Source: Octopus sinensis
Lineage: Eukaryota
Length of the DNA stretch: 57,084 nt
Direction: 5' to 3'
NCBI RefSeq assembly: GCF_006345805.1
Contig: NW_021833626.1
Location: 1 to 57,084 of the forward strand
Part shown: positions 38,157 to 51,912 of the stretch, piece after piece
Position numbering within the stretch: the stretch's first letter is position 1
Layout: every line of letters begins with the position of its first letter
Position numbers and translations under genes: made by a program
Notes under the pieces: generated by a model
The model's input: only the letters and a program-made list of their open reading frames with translations
The model's database searches: none
Told to the model about the DNA's origin: nothing

Positions 38157-39000
38157 GTCGACCTCGGCGAAATTTAAACTTAGAACGTAGCAGCAGACGA
38201 AATACCTATATCTTTACTACCCACAAGGGGCTAAACACAGAGGAGACAAACAAGGATATACAGATGGATTAAGTCGATTATATCGACCCCAGTGCGTAAC
38301 TGGTACTTAGTTTATCGACCCCGAAATGATGAAAGGCAAAGTCGACCTCGGCGGAATTTGGACTCAGAACGTAACGGCAGACGGAACACCACTATGCATT
38401 TCGCCCGGTGTGCTCACGATTCTTTTCTACTCTGGGCACAAGGACCGGAACTTTTTGAGTAGGGGGCCAGTAGATTAGATCCACCCCATTACGCAACTGA
38501 TATTTAATTTATCGACTCCGAAAGGACGAAACTCAAAGTCGACGTCGGTGGAATTTGAACTCAGAACGTAAAGACAGACGAAATACCTATTTCCTTACTA
38601 CCCACAAGAGGCTAAACACAGAGATAACAAACAAGAACAGACAAATAGATTAAGTCGATTATATCGACCCCAGTGCGTAACTGGTACTTAGTTTATCGAC
38701 CCCGAAAGGATGAAAGGTAAAGTCGACCCGGCGGAATTTGAACTCAGAACGTAACGGCAGACGAAATACCTATTTCTTTACTACACTCAAGGGGCTAAAC
38801 ACAGAGAGGACGAACAAGGACAGACAAACGGATTAAGTCGATTATATCGATCCCAGTGCGTAACTGGTACTTAATTTATCGACCCCGAAATGATGAAAGG
38901 CAAAGTCGGCCTCGGCGGAATTTGAACTCAGAACGTAGCGGCAGACGAAATACTGCTAAGCATTTCGCCCGGCGTGCTAACGTTTCTGCCAGCTCGCCAT
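38157..39000 (-). mobile_element. Multimeric SINE family A copies (internal unit of about 187 bp repeated)
   Basis: Four gtcg(a/g)cc..ggcggaatttgaactcagaacgta units; head at 38955-39000. Confidence 0.9.
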
Positions 39001-39444
39001 CTTTGGTTTATGGAACGAATGAATTACTAGAATAAGTGCAGACGAGCTATATGTCTAAGAAGTTCGCTGTGCAGGGTACTGGGTTCGAATTCATTACACT
39101 GTGTAGCATTTTGAGCAAATATCGTTTTCTATAAATACTGTTCGATCCACGCCTTGTCAACGAAATTGGGTTGATGGAAACTATATAGAAGCCCGTTGAG
39201 TGGATTCTTTTATCTTTCACTTGTTTCAGTTATTTGACTGCAGCCATGCTGGGGCAGAGCCTTGAAGAATTTTTATCGAATGAAGTGACCTCTGTACTTA
39301 TTTTAATTTTTTGTGCCTGATGCTTAGTCTACCAGATTCTTTTGCCGAACAGCTAAGTAACAGGGACATAAATACATCAACACCGGTTGTGAAGTAGTGG
39401 TGGGGGACAAACGCAGATATAAATACACACCACAGACACACGAC

Positions 39445-39525
39445 GGGCATATAGTGCAATGGTTAAGAGCGCGGACTACTAGCCCCAAGATTCCGAGTTC
39501 AATTCCAGGCGTTGCCTTGAATGAA

Positions 39526-39557
<32 letters not shown>

Positions 39558-39562
39558 AAATA

Positions 39563-39593
<31 letters not shown>

Positions 39594-39773
39594 TCAGCAA
39601 AAAATACCTTAGGAATGAGAACCCAGGGTTGGGGTCAAAATTCTACCAGGGCACCTGATGAAGACTGGAGAGTAAATCAGCCGAAAAGTTGAGGTAACAA
39701 TAAACAAGATGAGGACACATATCCGTCCAATGAAAATAATGAATAGAATTCTTCATCTCTAAAATATAGAACA
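39445..39773 (+). mobile_element. tRNA-headed SINE-like element with (AAAT)n(AAT)n and a decayed hammerhead tail, inserted in a family B SINE
   Basis: A-box tagtgcaatgg, B-box gagttcaattcc (39495), CTGATGA-a-gactg...cagcc-GAAA at 39655-39686; host SINE is split at gggc/ttctttcag. Confidence 0.65.
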
Positions 39774-40472
39774 GGGCTTCTTTCAGTTTCCATTTTCAAA
39801 ATCCACTCACAAGACAGTGTTTGGCCTGAGGCTATACAAGACATTTGCCTAAGGTATCACGTAGTGGGAACGAAACCGGAACAATGTGGTTTAGAAGCGA
39901 AGTTCTTACACACACAGTCACGTCCGCGTCAGTTTTAATTTCTGTTTGCAAATGTGAAAATTTAGCTACAAAAATATTCTGAAGCCGGACAATTTCATGA
40001 TATACCTGTATAAATTTGAGACACAAGTTTGATTTAAATGCTAGCGAAGTAAATATATTCCATCTCACCACGTGAAAACGATCTCTCAGTTTCTCTCTCT
40101 CTCTCTCTATCTCACATTCTTTTATATCTATTTCGCTGTAATTTCTTTCCAATCTTTTCCCCCTCAAACTCTCAGGGTTATTTCTCTGCTGTCTTGCAAT
40201 AATTTAATAATATAAGATACATTCTCTGCTATGCTAAGATTCCACAAAAGCGGTCCAGGATGTGGTATAACTATATATGTATATACATACTTGTATGTAT
40301 ATTTACACATACACATATACGTTTTTTTTTTTTTTATCGGAATGTATTTAATATATATCTCGTCGATTCCACTTAACTGTATAGCCTCAGTGATTGAAAT
40401 TATGCAATTATTTTGAGTTCCATGAAACAAGTTCGCCCAGTAGGCGATAAGGAATGAGATTTCAATATGCAG

Positions 40473-40496
40473 CAGCAGTAGCAGTAGTAGTAGTAA

Positions 40497-40527
<31 letters not shown>

Positions 40528-40846
40528 TGATGTTGAAGTAGTAGTTGTAGTTGTAGTAGTAGTAGTTGTAGTAGTAGTAGTAGTTGTAGTTGTAGTAGTA
40601 GTAGTAGTAGTTGTAGTAGCAATAGTAGTAGTAGTAGTAGTAGTAGTAGTTGATGTTGAAGTAGTAGTAGTAGTTGTAGTAGTAGTAGTAGTAGTTGTAG
40701 TTGTAGTAGTAGTTGTAGTAGTAGTAGTAGTAGTTGATGTTGAAGTAGTAGTAGTAGTTGTAGTAGTAGTAGTAGTTGTAGTTGTAGTAGTAGTAGTAGT
40801 AGTTGTAGTAGCAATAGTAGTAGTAGTAGTAGTAGTAGTTGATGTT

Positions 40847-40878
<32 letters not shown>

Positions 40879-41038
40879 TAGTAGTAGTAGTAGTTAGTAG
40901 TAGTAGTAGTAGTAGTTGTAGTAGTAGTAGTAGTAGTAGTAGTAGTTGATGTTGAAGTAGTAGTAGTAGTTGTAGTAGTAGTAGTAGTTGTAGTAGTAGT
41001 TGTAGTTGTAGTATTAGTAGTAGTAGTAGTAGTAGTAA
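40473..41038. repeat. (GTA)n microsatellite with recurring gttgatgttgaa and gcaata variants
   Basis: Direct reading. Confidence 0.95.
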
Positions 41039-41465
41039 GTGGTTATGTAACACATGAATGGAATATGAATTGGTGTTTGTGGATCTCCAACGTTTGATGA
41101 CGAGGATCCAGTTGGTCGATAAACTGAATTACCTGACCCTGAATTAACTTTTGAAAGCATCCACTGACACCAATGTAGTTCTCGAGCAGAATGAGCGTGA
41201 CAAGTGTGTGGCAAGGGTGTAGCTTTTAATTATATGGGTACAGTCCACCCGGCAGGCTTCTATGCAGTTTCTGTCGACTCAATTCCACCCTCATCGTTTG
41301 AATCGAGTTTTGACTTTAGAAAATGAGAATTGTTTAAATTGGCATTCAGTGGGATCGAAAGCTAGACCGTGTAGCAACGAAGCGAACTTCTTAAATATTC
41401 GCTATTTCTGTGCCTGTAAAATTTTGCAATAAAGGAAGAATAAAACTATTTTGCTTACATATCTA

Positions 41466-41945
41466 CTGTAAATCCTCGAGTATAATCCGCACTTTTTTCC
41501 CAAAATTTAAAGGTCAAAATCCCTAGTGCGTATTATATACAAGGTTAAAAATGAAAATTATTTTCTAAGCAATGTCCGAGTCTCTATTTGCTGTCCAGCA
41601 ATGTTTATTCAGACGCATTTTGTGATGTCGGGCGCGAAAACACCTTAAATCATCCATAACTTGCAGTTAGCAACATTTATTAAACGTTATTACTGTTATT
41701 TCTTTATTTTCTGCAAACAAAATGCACAAAAAAGCTACACGTTTGCATTATGTTATGTATACAATAATAATAAAGGACGTTACCGTATACATTTTTACAA
41801 ACCAAGGACGTTATATAGACCTCCTTGACTCACGTTAGAGAAGGGGTGCGTATTATACACAAGGTTTAGGTTTTTCAGAGGTACAGCCCTCTAAAAATCC
41901 CCTGCGTATTATACTCAAGGGCGGACTATACTCGAGGATTTACGG
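41466..41945. mobile_element. Tc1/mariner-superfamily (Tc2/pogo-like) MITE
   Basis: TA-ctgtaaatcctcgagtataatccgc ... gcggactatactcgaggatttacgg-TA. Confidence 0.88.
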
Positions 41946-42819
41946 TATGTTCCAGCCAGTTCAAGCACTTTTTTAAGCGACACGTAAGGGTATGACAACC
42001 GGCTGACTTGTGTCGTGAATTTTTCCGATTAACTTTGTCTGTCTTCAATCGCCCAAACGTAACCAGATTCATATGTCAGGACATTAGCCTGCCCACAGTC
42101 GGGACATTAACTTGCCCACATTTTATACTAATGATAACAATTAGGATTCGTACTGATTAAGGATAATTTTAATGAAGCAATTACAGGATAATATAAACAT
42201 AACCGTACAAGACGTACTCCTGATTTTCTGTTAAATTTTGGTGCAAATATTTTCCCTTCATAGTTTTAGCTTCACCTCATGCGTTATAAGTCTCATTCCA
42301 GGTTTTCCAGCTAAAAACCAAGTTTAAAATAGTTCGACTTATATATGAGTAAATAGGGTAATTAAAAAAAATATACCGTCCATTCATTGCTGGATTCAAA
42401 GTTTACATTTTGTCTTTTTTTTCCTTATATAAATTTCATCTACAATTAAGACTCATTTACTGCAGGACTGTATTGTACAATTTAAAATACAATAAAAATA
42501 CATAAGATCCAACTCCGATATGTTTGACTCTTTTGACATCAGTTGTTTGCAAACATGAAGTATTGAATGCAATCGTTTTAACTCAACATGACAACGGAAG
42601 CTTCCAGAATCTATGCTATATTTCGCCAAATTTTTAAAAAATTGAAACTGGAAACAAATCTTAAACAATAAATAGAAATTGACGTAATTTCCATTTGTAT
42701 TTAACCGATCAGTTTTTACATGGATCTTGTACCAAGCAATACGGAGTTTTGAAAAAGTTATGCAATTAACCGGTATTTATCTATGCTTGTCTGTCTATCT
42801 GTCTACCTGCCCGCCCGCC

Positions 42820-42821
42820 TG

Positions 42822-42920
<99 letters not shown>

Positions 42921-42925
42921 GTCTG

Positions 42926-43016
<91 letters not shown>
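42820..43016. repeat. (ATCT)n microsatellite
   Basis: Direct reading. Confidence 0.95.
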
Positions 43017-43017
<1 letters not shown>

Positions 43018-43306
43018 AGAAATAGAAGGTCCTTGGTACAGTATTACATATTTGAAAACATGAACGGAAAAAGCTTTTCTCATAATTTTCCCACTTTAAT
43101 AATCAGATGCTTATAATTAGATGATTATAAGTTATTAGGTGTTTACCTTTTTTAAACATCTAATAACTTATAAACAGCCAATTATAAAGTTGAAAAGTTA
43201 TCGCAAAAACCATTTCTATTTATATTTTCAAATATACATATACATACATACATACATACATGCATACATATATATATATATATATATATATACATTTATA
43301 TATATA

Positions 43307-43344
<38 letters not shown>

Positions 43345-43412
43345 TATATATCTATCTATCTATCTATCTATCTATATATATAATATATATATATATTATA
43401 TATATATATATA

Positions 43413-43820
43413 TACTTAGCAGCTGTGATGCCCAGTTTCACCCGGTCCGTTTGGATTATGTGGCTGTATTCGTTTTCGGTTAGGCATAATCTATAACCGC
43501 GTTTCTGAACCTTATCATTTCGGGTCCCCTGTTTCTATTGAAGCCTCCAGCTGTATGAAAATATCCTGACCCCACCCATCAGAGAACAGCTTCTAAGCAA
43601 CTGGTTGTTTTAATGGCGAAAGAAAGAGGGGAATTCCATTAGAAAAAGTTTTAATCGATTTTCTTGGTAAGTATGGGAGATAGGTAAAAAAAAATACAAA
43701 CTGCATTCCAATCTATGCACCTGTCTCCACATTTGTGCCACTTTTCACGTGAATCCACCCAGCCGTTTGGCTGTGAACCTCAAGACAAGGAAGAATACAA
43801 CGATCATCCATGTCAAATTT
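43413..43820 (+). mobile_element. Non-autonomous Helitron-like element in (TA)n
   Basis: Starts acttagcagctgtgatgcccagtttcacccgg; 3' part tttcacgtgaatccacccagccgtttggc...aaatttatattata. Confidence 0.5.
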
Positions 43821-43945
43821 ATATTATATTATATATATATACATAGTGAGAATTTACAAAAAAAAAAAAAAAAAAAGATGGAGGCGGGTGTGTAAACAAC
43901 AAACTGATGTTTTAGCTTAACGCTTGAGAAGTGAAGTGAGAAAAT

Positions 43946-43981
43946 CTTTTACGTTTCGAACCTACGCTCTTCGACAGAAAG
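43946..43981 (-). ncRNA. Minimal hammerhead-like motif with variant core (CUGUCGA)
   Basis: Minus strand: CTTT-CTGTCGA-a-GAGC gtag GTTC-GAAAC-GTA-AAAG; stems I and II pair, stem III is the ACGT palindrome, A6 is replaced by U. Confidence 0.5.
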
Positions 43982-44545
43982 GAACACAAAAATAAACAGG
44001 GAAAGAAAATAAAAAAGTGGCTAGCGATCTATCATATACATACATATATAATGGAGAAATTGTACAAAATGTATAAATGGATGATGAGTAAAAGCATCAG
44101 CATTTATTTGTTACATTTTTGTTACCTCCCTTCCAGTTCTGTATCTTTTCCGGTATAATTTTATACAGAAACTGAGAACACACATTATCATAAATAAAAC
44201 ACCTTTTTTTTTCTCAAATTTAGATTTATTTTACTTATGATATCATTATCTATTGACGTGTAAATGACAGAACCTTCCACACACACACGCACGCACAAAT
44301 TTGTATCCTTCACGTAATTCTATGACAGAATCAGCACGAGACAGGCTGTATTTTTTTGTATTAGAGATAAAAATGTGCCCAATGGGTTTCCATAGCTCCT
44401 GTCTACTCACTTTCACTCATATGATATGGATCGACTCGAGGCGATAGAAAATCTGACATTTCCCATGTGGTGGGAACGAACCCAGAACCCTTTGGCTTAG
44501 ATGCAAATTTCGTAAGCACTCTAACATCCAGCCATCCATCCATCA

Positions 44546-44589
<44 letters not shown>

Positions 44590-44592
44590 GTA

Positions 44593-45756
44593 CGCGGTAT
44601 GATCAGTAAGTATCCGGACTGTAGCCATAAGAAAGAAGCTAAAGTACGTACAGTGAAGCCGCTTGAACTTGATTGACCTTGAACTTGATTGACCTTGAAC
44701 TCTACAGTGCATGCGCACTAAATTTAAACCTTTAGCTACCTTCTGCGGTTTACAGCAGGGCTTGGAAGGAACGTGTTTAGAATGTGATCGTCACATACAT
44801 ACATACGCGGTATGGTCAATAAGTATCCGGACTGTAGCCATGAGAACGAAGCTGAAGCATGTAGAGTGAAACTGCTTAGCACAGATTTACCTTGGACTCT
44901 ACTACGCATGCGCTCTAAGTTTTAATTTCTAGCTTCTGCTATATCTTGAATTCTGTTGCGCTTGCGCACTAAGTCTTAACGTTCTAGCTAACTTCTGCTG
45001 TTTACAACAGTGCTTGGAAGGAACGTGTGTAGCGCATGACTGTCGCATTGACCATGACAGAGAATGGGGTCATGGCGATACCTGCTCAAAGGCCTACGCA
45101 AAGTTGCAGAAAGTGTATGGAGAGGAGTGTATGAGTCGCACACAAGTGTACGAAAGGTTCAGACATTTCCAGGATGGATGAAAAACGTCGATATTGACGA
45201 ACGTTCTGGGAGACCCACAATCAGCAGAACTGAGAAAAACATCGCAGATGTTCGTGCAGCTGTGAGGGGAAATCGTCGAATCAGTATCCGTGAGTTATCA
45301 GAGGATGCACAGATTAGTTACGGGTCAGTTCATCCATTATCACTGAAGATTACACTATGAGACACATGTCTGCCAAGTTTGTGTCAAAAATTCTCTCAGC
45401 TAACCAAAACGACACTCGGGTCTCAGTTTCACAAGATCTCCTTGATTGTATCGAGAACAATGAAAACTTTTTGAAATCTTTGCATAGGTCTTTGAGCAGA
45501 TATCGCCAAGTTTTTGGCAAAATTTGATACAGATTCTCTACTCAACTTTCTCTTTCTTTGTCAATGCGACGATCACACGCTACACACGTTCCTTCCAAGC
45601 ATTGCTGTAAACAACAGATGTGAGCTAGAACGTTAAAACGTAGTGTGCAAGCGCAACAGAGTTCAAGATCAAGCTGTACCAAGCAGCTCCACTTTATGTG
45701 CTTTAGCTTCGTTACTATAGCAACAGTCCGGACACTTATTGATCAGACCATGCAAG
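44593..45756 (+). mobile_element. Fold-back mariner derivative (44806-45756) with an extra left-end fragment (44593-44795)
   Basis: TIR ggtcaataagtatccggactgt / acagtccggacacttattgatc; HTH region VYERFRHF...DERSGRPTISRTEKNIADVRAAVRGNRRISIRELS, ending before the DDD domain; right end is an inverted copy of about 280 bp of the left end. Confidence 0.85.
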
Positions 45757-47026
45757 TACATACATACATACATACATAATACATACATACATACATACAT
45801 ACATAGCCATGTATCCTTGTTAAAAAGTCATCTTCCTGACAAGAAAACTTCAAATAGTTAAAACAGAAGAGAACATGCATTCATGTATGAGTAACTTATG
45901 TGTATGTATTATATATATATACGTGTGTGTATGTGTGTGTCTGTGTGTGTGTGTACCAGGCATATATTTGTGTGCATTCAAGTATAAGACGGGTGGCATA
46001 TTTAATTTAAAAAAAAGTTCTTTAATATTCAATACATTGTCGATTAGAAAACTATTAAGGCATTGCTCAAGTTATGTAAGAGGGCGATGGTAGTCCTGTA
46101 TAATAGGAATTTGTGTGTGGGTACGCGCGTGAGCATGATTAAGGTTCTTCATCTGATATTGCATAAGACTGCCAAGCATTTCATTTCTGTTTACTGTTTT
46201 ACGAATGATAAATCACAGAAGCCTTCATTTCATTTTAATCAATATATTTTTAAGTGTATAATAATAATAAAAGAAACATCACTGAATATTTTAATATATT
46301 CCAAGTAATGCAACGAGGAAGAAGGGAAAAAAAAATTTCACGTTTTCGTTCTCAAATATCGATTAAATAAATCATTTCTTCAATTTCTTTGTCACAATTC
46401 GTGCAAAGCACGTTTTCCATGTCAAGAGATCAAATGAGATTGCAGATTCGTGAGTTATGCTCTCTCACTGATAATGTTGAAGTAATAGAAAGCACGGTGT
46501 ATTAGCTGTGAAAATTAAAGCATTGGTTTGTGAAGGTCGGAGTGAACAGTTGTAAATTGTATTAAACTGTTCGAGGAAAGAAGCGACGACTGTGACACTT
46601 GACTGAACTTCGTCACGTTGGAATGCCGAAATCACGTCTCGAAATACATGTGAAGTGATCTTTATTTGGGTAGCAGGTTTTAAGCTCCATACAATTTCAT
46701 TTAATCTGAAAGTTATCTCTCTCTACACCAAGAAATAAATATCATCAAAAACTAAGAGGGGAAGCCTTTTCGTCAGGCGTGGGCAAGTTTAATCTAACTA
46801 CAAGCGTTTATGAGATATTGTTCGTTGTAAATTAGGACCGCAAACACTAAAAGTGTAATTCAACAACACATTGTATGTGTAGGAGGTTTTCGCTGGTTAA
46901 TAATTCGGCGAATCACAAAGCTCCATCGAACCTTCCCCGAGAGAAAGTGCGAGAGAATAAGAAACGAGAAGAAAGAGACGGAGAGGGAGAGAGAAAGAAA
47001 GAGGTGGAAAGGGAGAGAGAGAGAGG

Positions 47027-47059
<33 letters not shown>

Positions 47060-47886
47060 AGGAGAGAGAATTATGTAAAATAACGTAGACGTACGGATCT
47101 TTTTATTATATTTTAACAAAAAAGTGATTGTAATTACAGTACAATCCCAAGATCACATGGGATTACATATGCCATGCAAAAGGGCCAGTAACCCGGTTCT
47201 CATAGCATATAAGTAACCAGGATCACAGCATTATCCCCTGAAAGATATGCCACACTGTTGCAGGGTTGAAAGCCAGCAATATTTTACGGAGAGGGGAACA
47301 AGTCGATTACATCAACCTCGAAATTTGGCTGGTATTTTATTTTACCAAAGGGATGAAAATCAAAGCCGACCTCGACGGGATGAGAATTTAGAACATATAA
47401 AGTCGGAAGAACTGCCGCTACGCATTTTGTCCGACATATGTTAACGATTTTGTCAGCTCGTCGCCTAAAAGCAGCCTATGTCTGGTCTTACTCCTTTGAC
47501 TTTAACAGTAGAAAAGCATGTAAGTTCTAAGGAACATCTTTAAAGATTCCTATATTCCCAAATATTTCACCAGAGGAGAGAAAGACCGGACGCCTTAAAC
47601 GTCAGACAGCGAAGGCTGAAATATTCAGAAACGATGAGTAAGTAAAGGAAAACATGGAAATTTTGACGTGAATAATTGGTGCTGTGCGTTGTTTATTACA
47701 ACGATAGCCTCTAGAACGTATAAAGTCGGAAGAACTGCCGCTACGCATTTTGTCCGACATATGTTAACGGTTCTGCCAGCTCGTTTCCCAAAAGCAGGGT
47801 TACACTGGTCTTACGCCTTTGACTTCAACGGTAGAAAAGCACGAATGTTCCCAGGCACATCTTTAAACATTCCTAGATTCCCAAAT

Positions 47887-48135
47887 GGAGGCGCAATGAC
47901 CCAGTGGTAAGGGCAGCGGACTCGCGGTCGGAGGATCGCGGTTTCGATTCCCAGATCGGGCGTTGTCTTTGTTTATTGAGTGAAAACTCCTAAAGCTCCA
48001 CGAGGCTCAGGCAGAGGAACGCTGCGATTAACTGGCGTCCCGTCCAGCTGGGGGGAACACATACTCCCTAGAAACCGGGAAACCGGACACATGAACTTGA
48101 CTAGGCTTGAAAAGGACGCATAAATAAAAAATAAA
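47887..48135 (+). mobile_element. Internally deleted OR-type SINE with 12-bp TSD, inside a tandem duplication of about 320 bp
   Basis: agattcccaaat at 47875-47886 and 48136-48147. Confidence 0.88.
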
Positions 48136-48679
48136 AGATTCCCAAATAGCTGACCAGAGGAGAGAAATACCCGACGCCTTAAACGTCAGTCAGCGAAGGC
48201 TGAAATATTCAGAAACGATGAAAATACGTAAATGAAAATACGGAAATTTTGACGTGAATCTTCGATGCTGTGCGTTATTTATTACAAGGATAGCCTCCAC
48301 TGTGAGGTCATGACGAGTTCAGTTCTACAACTAATAGAGGTAATTACGTAGAATAACTTAATTTATACAGAGTGTAATTCATTCTTAAATGCTTATTTAA
48401 CTAAAGCAACTGTGTTTCAAGAAACTTCAATGATTGTACAAAATGACAGTTTACTCTCTATTGAAAAAGTGCATTGATGCCATTGAAATAACTAAACCCC
48501 ATTGTATGATCTTATCACCGGACTGTTCAATTCTCAATCAATATTAGAACTGGTGTGAAATTCACACAATTTATAGAATACTACAAACTCAAGTTTATTC
48601 ACTCATGACAATTCACGTCATTTTCAATTTGCAGTCCGTCTTGTGTATAGGGATAGAGGGAAACTTGCGGCTTTTATCT

Positions 48680-49595
48680 TTTACATGTTTCAGTCATTAG
48701 ACTGCGGCCACGCTGAAGCACCGCCTTGGAGAATTTTTAGTCGAATAGATCAACTCTAGTACTTATTTTTATGTTAAGACTGGTACGTATTCTTATTTCT
48801 TTATTACCCACAAGGGGCTAAAAATAGAGGGGACAAACAAGGAGAGACATAGGTATTAAGTCGATTACATCTACCCCAGTGTGTAACTGGTACTTAATTT
48901 ATCGACCCCGAAAGGATGAAAGGCAAAGTCGACCTCGGCGGAATTTGAACTCAGAACGTAACGGCAGCCGAAAAACCGCTAAGCATTTCATTCGGCGTGC
49001 TAACGTTTCTGCCAGCTCGCCGCCATAAAGAATTGTGTGTGTTCTGTTGGTAACTTTTGCCGAACCGCTAAATTACAGGAACGTAAACACTCCAATTCCA
49101 GTTGTCAAACGTTGGGGTGGGGTTGTACAGACACAAGTACAGACAGAAAGACACACAAACACACACACGCACGCCTGCACACACAAACGCACACATACTA
49201 TGGGCTTCTTCCAGTTTCCGTCTCCCAAATCCACTCACAAGGCTTTGGCAGCCGTCATCAGTGCAACAATTGTCCAACTTTATCTCCAGAGACTTGAACT
49301 TTCTTTTTTAAAAAAAGTAGAAAACATCTGTAACCAAGGTAATCTGCATAATTTAAACAAAGATAAGTTAAAAGAAATAACCTAGATCGGTCAGTGGGAT
49401 GTATTTAAACAACATTGTGTGGTAAGACGTTTGTTCCCCAACCACGTGGTTTCAGGTTCAGTCCCACTGCGTGGCACCTTGGGCAAGGGAAGTTTTTTCT
49501 AATATAACCTGGGGTTGACCAAAACCTTGTGAGTGGATTTGATGAACAGAAACTAAAAGAAACCGTCGTATATATGATAATATATATACATATAC

Positions 49596-49667
<72 letters not shown>

Positions 49668-49737
49668 TACATATATACACACACATATATATATACATAC
49701 ATATATACATACATACATACATACATATATACATATA

Positions 49738-49789
<52 letters not shown>

Positions 49790-50360
49790 ATATATATATA
49801 TATTTATATATAACAACATACATACATACATATATATATATATATACACTAGCCCCTTGTGGGTAGTAAAGAAATATATATATATATACACAAATGTGTG
49901 TGCGTGAAGGCGCAGTGGTTAGAGTGTCGAACTTACGATCGTGAGGTTGTGAGTTCAATTTCCGTACTGGGTGCGTATTGTTCTTGAGCAAGACACTTTA
50001 TTTCACGTTGCTCCAGTTAACTCAGCTGTAGAAATGAGTTGCAACAGCACTGGTGCCAAGCTGTATCGGCCCCATTGCCTTTCCCTTGGATAACATCAGT
50101 GGTGTGGAGAGGGGAGGCTAGTATGCATGGGCGACTGCTGGTCTTCCATAAACAACCTTGCCCGGACTTGTGCCTTGGAGGGTAATTTTCTAGGTGCAAT
50201 CCCATGGTCATTCATGACCGCAGGGAGTCTCCTCATATGTGTGTGAGAGAGTGAGTGCATGTGTGTCTTTGCGTCTGTGTTTGTACGAAACCAGCACTTG
50301 ACAACCGGTGTTGGCTTGTTTACGTCCCCGTAACTTAGCCATTTGGTAAAAGAATGCTGA
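48680..50360. mobile_element. Mixed SINE cluster (family A 48785-49024 minus; family B pieces; CORE-like SINE 49905-50235)
   Basis: Shared modules with the other copies. Confidence 0.8.
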
Positions 50361-50397
50361 ATGCGATTTCTGCAGTATCTGCAGCATTGGATCTAAC

Positions 50398-51085
50398 TAT
50401 CAATCTAAAAAAGAAAAACTGCTATAATGTACCAACCCGCTCCCTCCAAGATGTACGTGGAACCTTTTATAACTGTGAAAGGTCAAAGGTTGGAGACTGT
50501 GCCTAGATTTATTTATTTAAGAAGTACCTTGAATACTGTTGGTCTTGATGATGAAATTTCATAGAGAATCAGCAGGGCTAGTAGTGCTTTTGGTAGGCTT
50601 GATAGGCGATTGTGGAAAAAACATAATATATCTTTACAAATTACGTCCTTCCATCTTTGCTATATGGGAGTGACGCATGGATTGTATACTAATAGGCATG
50701 TAAGGCAATTGGAACGATACCATCAATACTGTCTGAGAAAGATTTTGGGGATAAACTGGAAAATAGCCATTAGTAATGTGGAGGTGCTTGAGAGGAGTGG
50801 CAGTAGAAGTATAGAGTCAATGATTTTGCAAAGAGGTTTGAGGTGGGATAGGGAGACATTTGGTAAGGATGAGTGATGAGTGATGAGTGACTGCCCATGC
50901 AGCTGTTGTATGGTAAGCTGGAAGATAGCAGGAGGCCAGCACATAAGCCTAAACTAAGGTTTAAGGATTTCCTTGAAAATGCTCTAATAAAGACAGGAGT
51001 TGCAGCTGGTGATTGGGAGAGAGAGGCACAAGACCACGATGGATGGAGGAAGATAGGGCATGATGGTTGTTCATGGTTTGAGAGA

Positions 51086-51135
<50 letters not shown>

Positions 51136-51575
51136 TGGGAGAGAGAGAGAAGTATGAGAGAATTAGAAGGGGGCTTAGCGGGAGGGAGCCTATGGAAGGT
51201 GAGAGAGTGTTGCTTTTTGTATGATTTGTGGGAGGAGGGCTGTGAGTCGTGCAGGCCTGGTGAGCCATCAAAAAATCTCACAGGAATCGACCCATGATAA
51301 ACATTGATGTAGGTATTAAAATTCATAACAGATCGTGTGTAAAATGTGGAAGGGTGTGCCTCTTAGCTGGATGTCTAAAAAGACATGTTAAGTGAGTGTA
51401 TTTGGTGGCACCTGTTTCTCCTGCCAGCCAGCACAGTTGTCCAGTATGTAATAAAATGTGCAAAAGTTTGGTTGGGCTTAAAAGTCACGTAAGGGCATCA
51501 CATTGCATCAATAATGAATCATTTCAGTAAGTCATTTTGGCAATGGCTTTTCTCGTGTAACGAGGGTGCAGCTAT
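50398..51575 (+). mobile_element. RTE (BovB-like) LINE 3' portion, disrupted
   Basis: RISRASSAFGRLDRRLWKKHNI, RQLERYHQYCLRKILGINW, QLLYGKL...PKLRFKD, C-terminal CxxC zinc-knuckle remnant. Confidence 0.88.
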
Positions 51576-51671
51576 GATGTATGTATGTATATATGTATGT
51601 ATGTATCTCAATTTTGCGAAGGCCTTTGATTAGGTTGATCATGGGATGATGTTCCACAAGCTACAAGACTT

Positions 51672-51871
51672 CAACCACATGGTTCCGGGTTCAATCCCAC
51701 TGCGTGGTACCATGGCCAAGTGTTTTCTACTATAGCCACAGGCTGACCAAAGCCTTGTGAGTGGATTTGGTAGAAAAGAGGTATTGGGGTCGATTCATTC
51801 GCCTAAAACTTCTAGGCGGTGTTCCAGAATAGCCGCAGTCTAATGACCGAAACAAGATAAAGGTAAATGTA

Positions 51872-51912
<41 letters not shown>

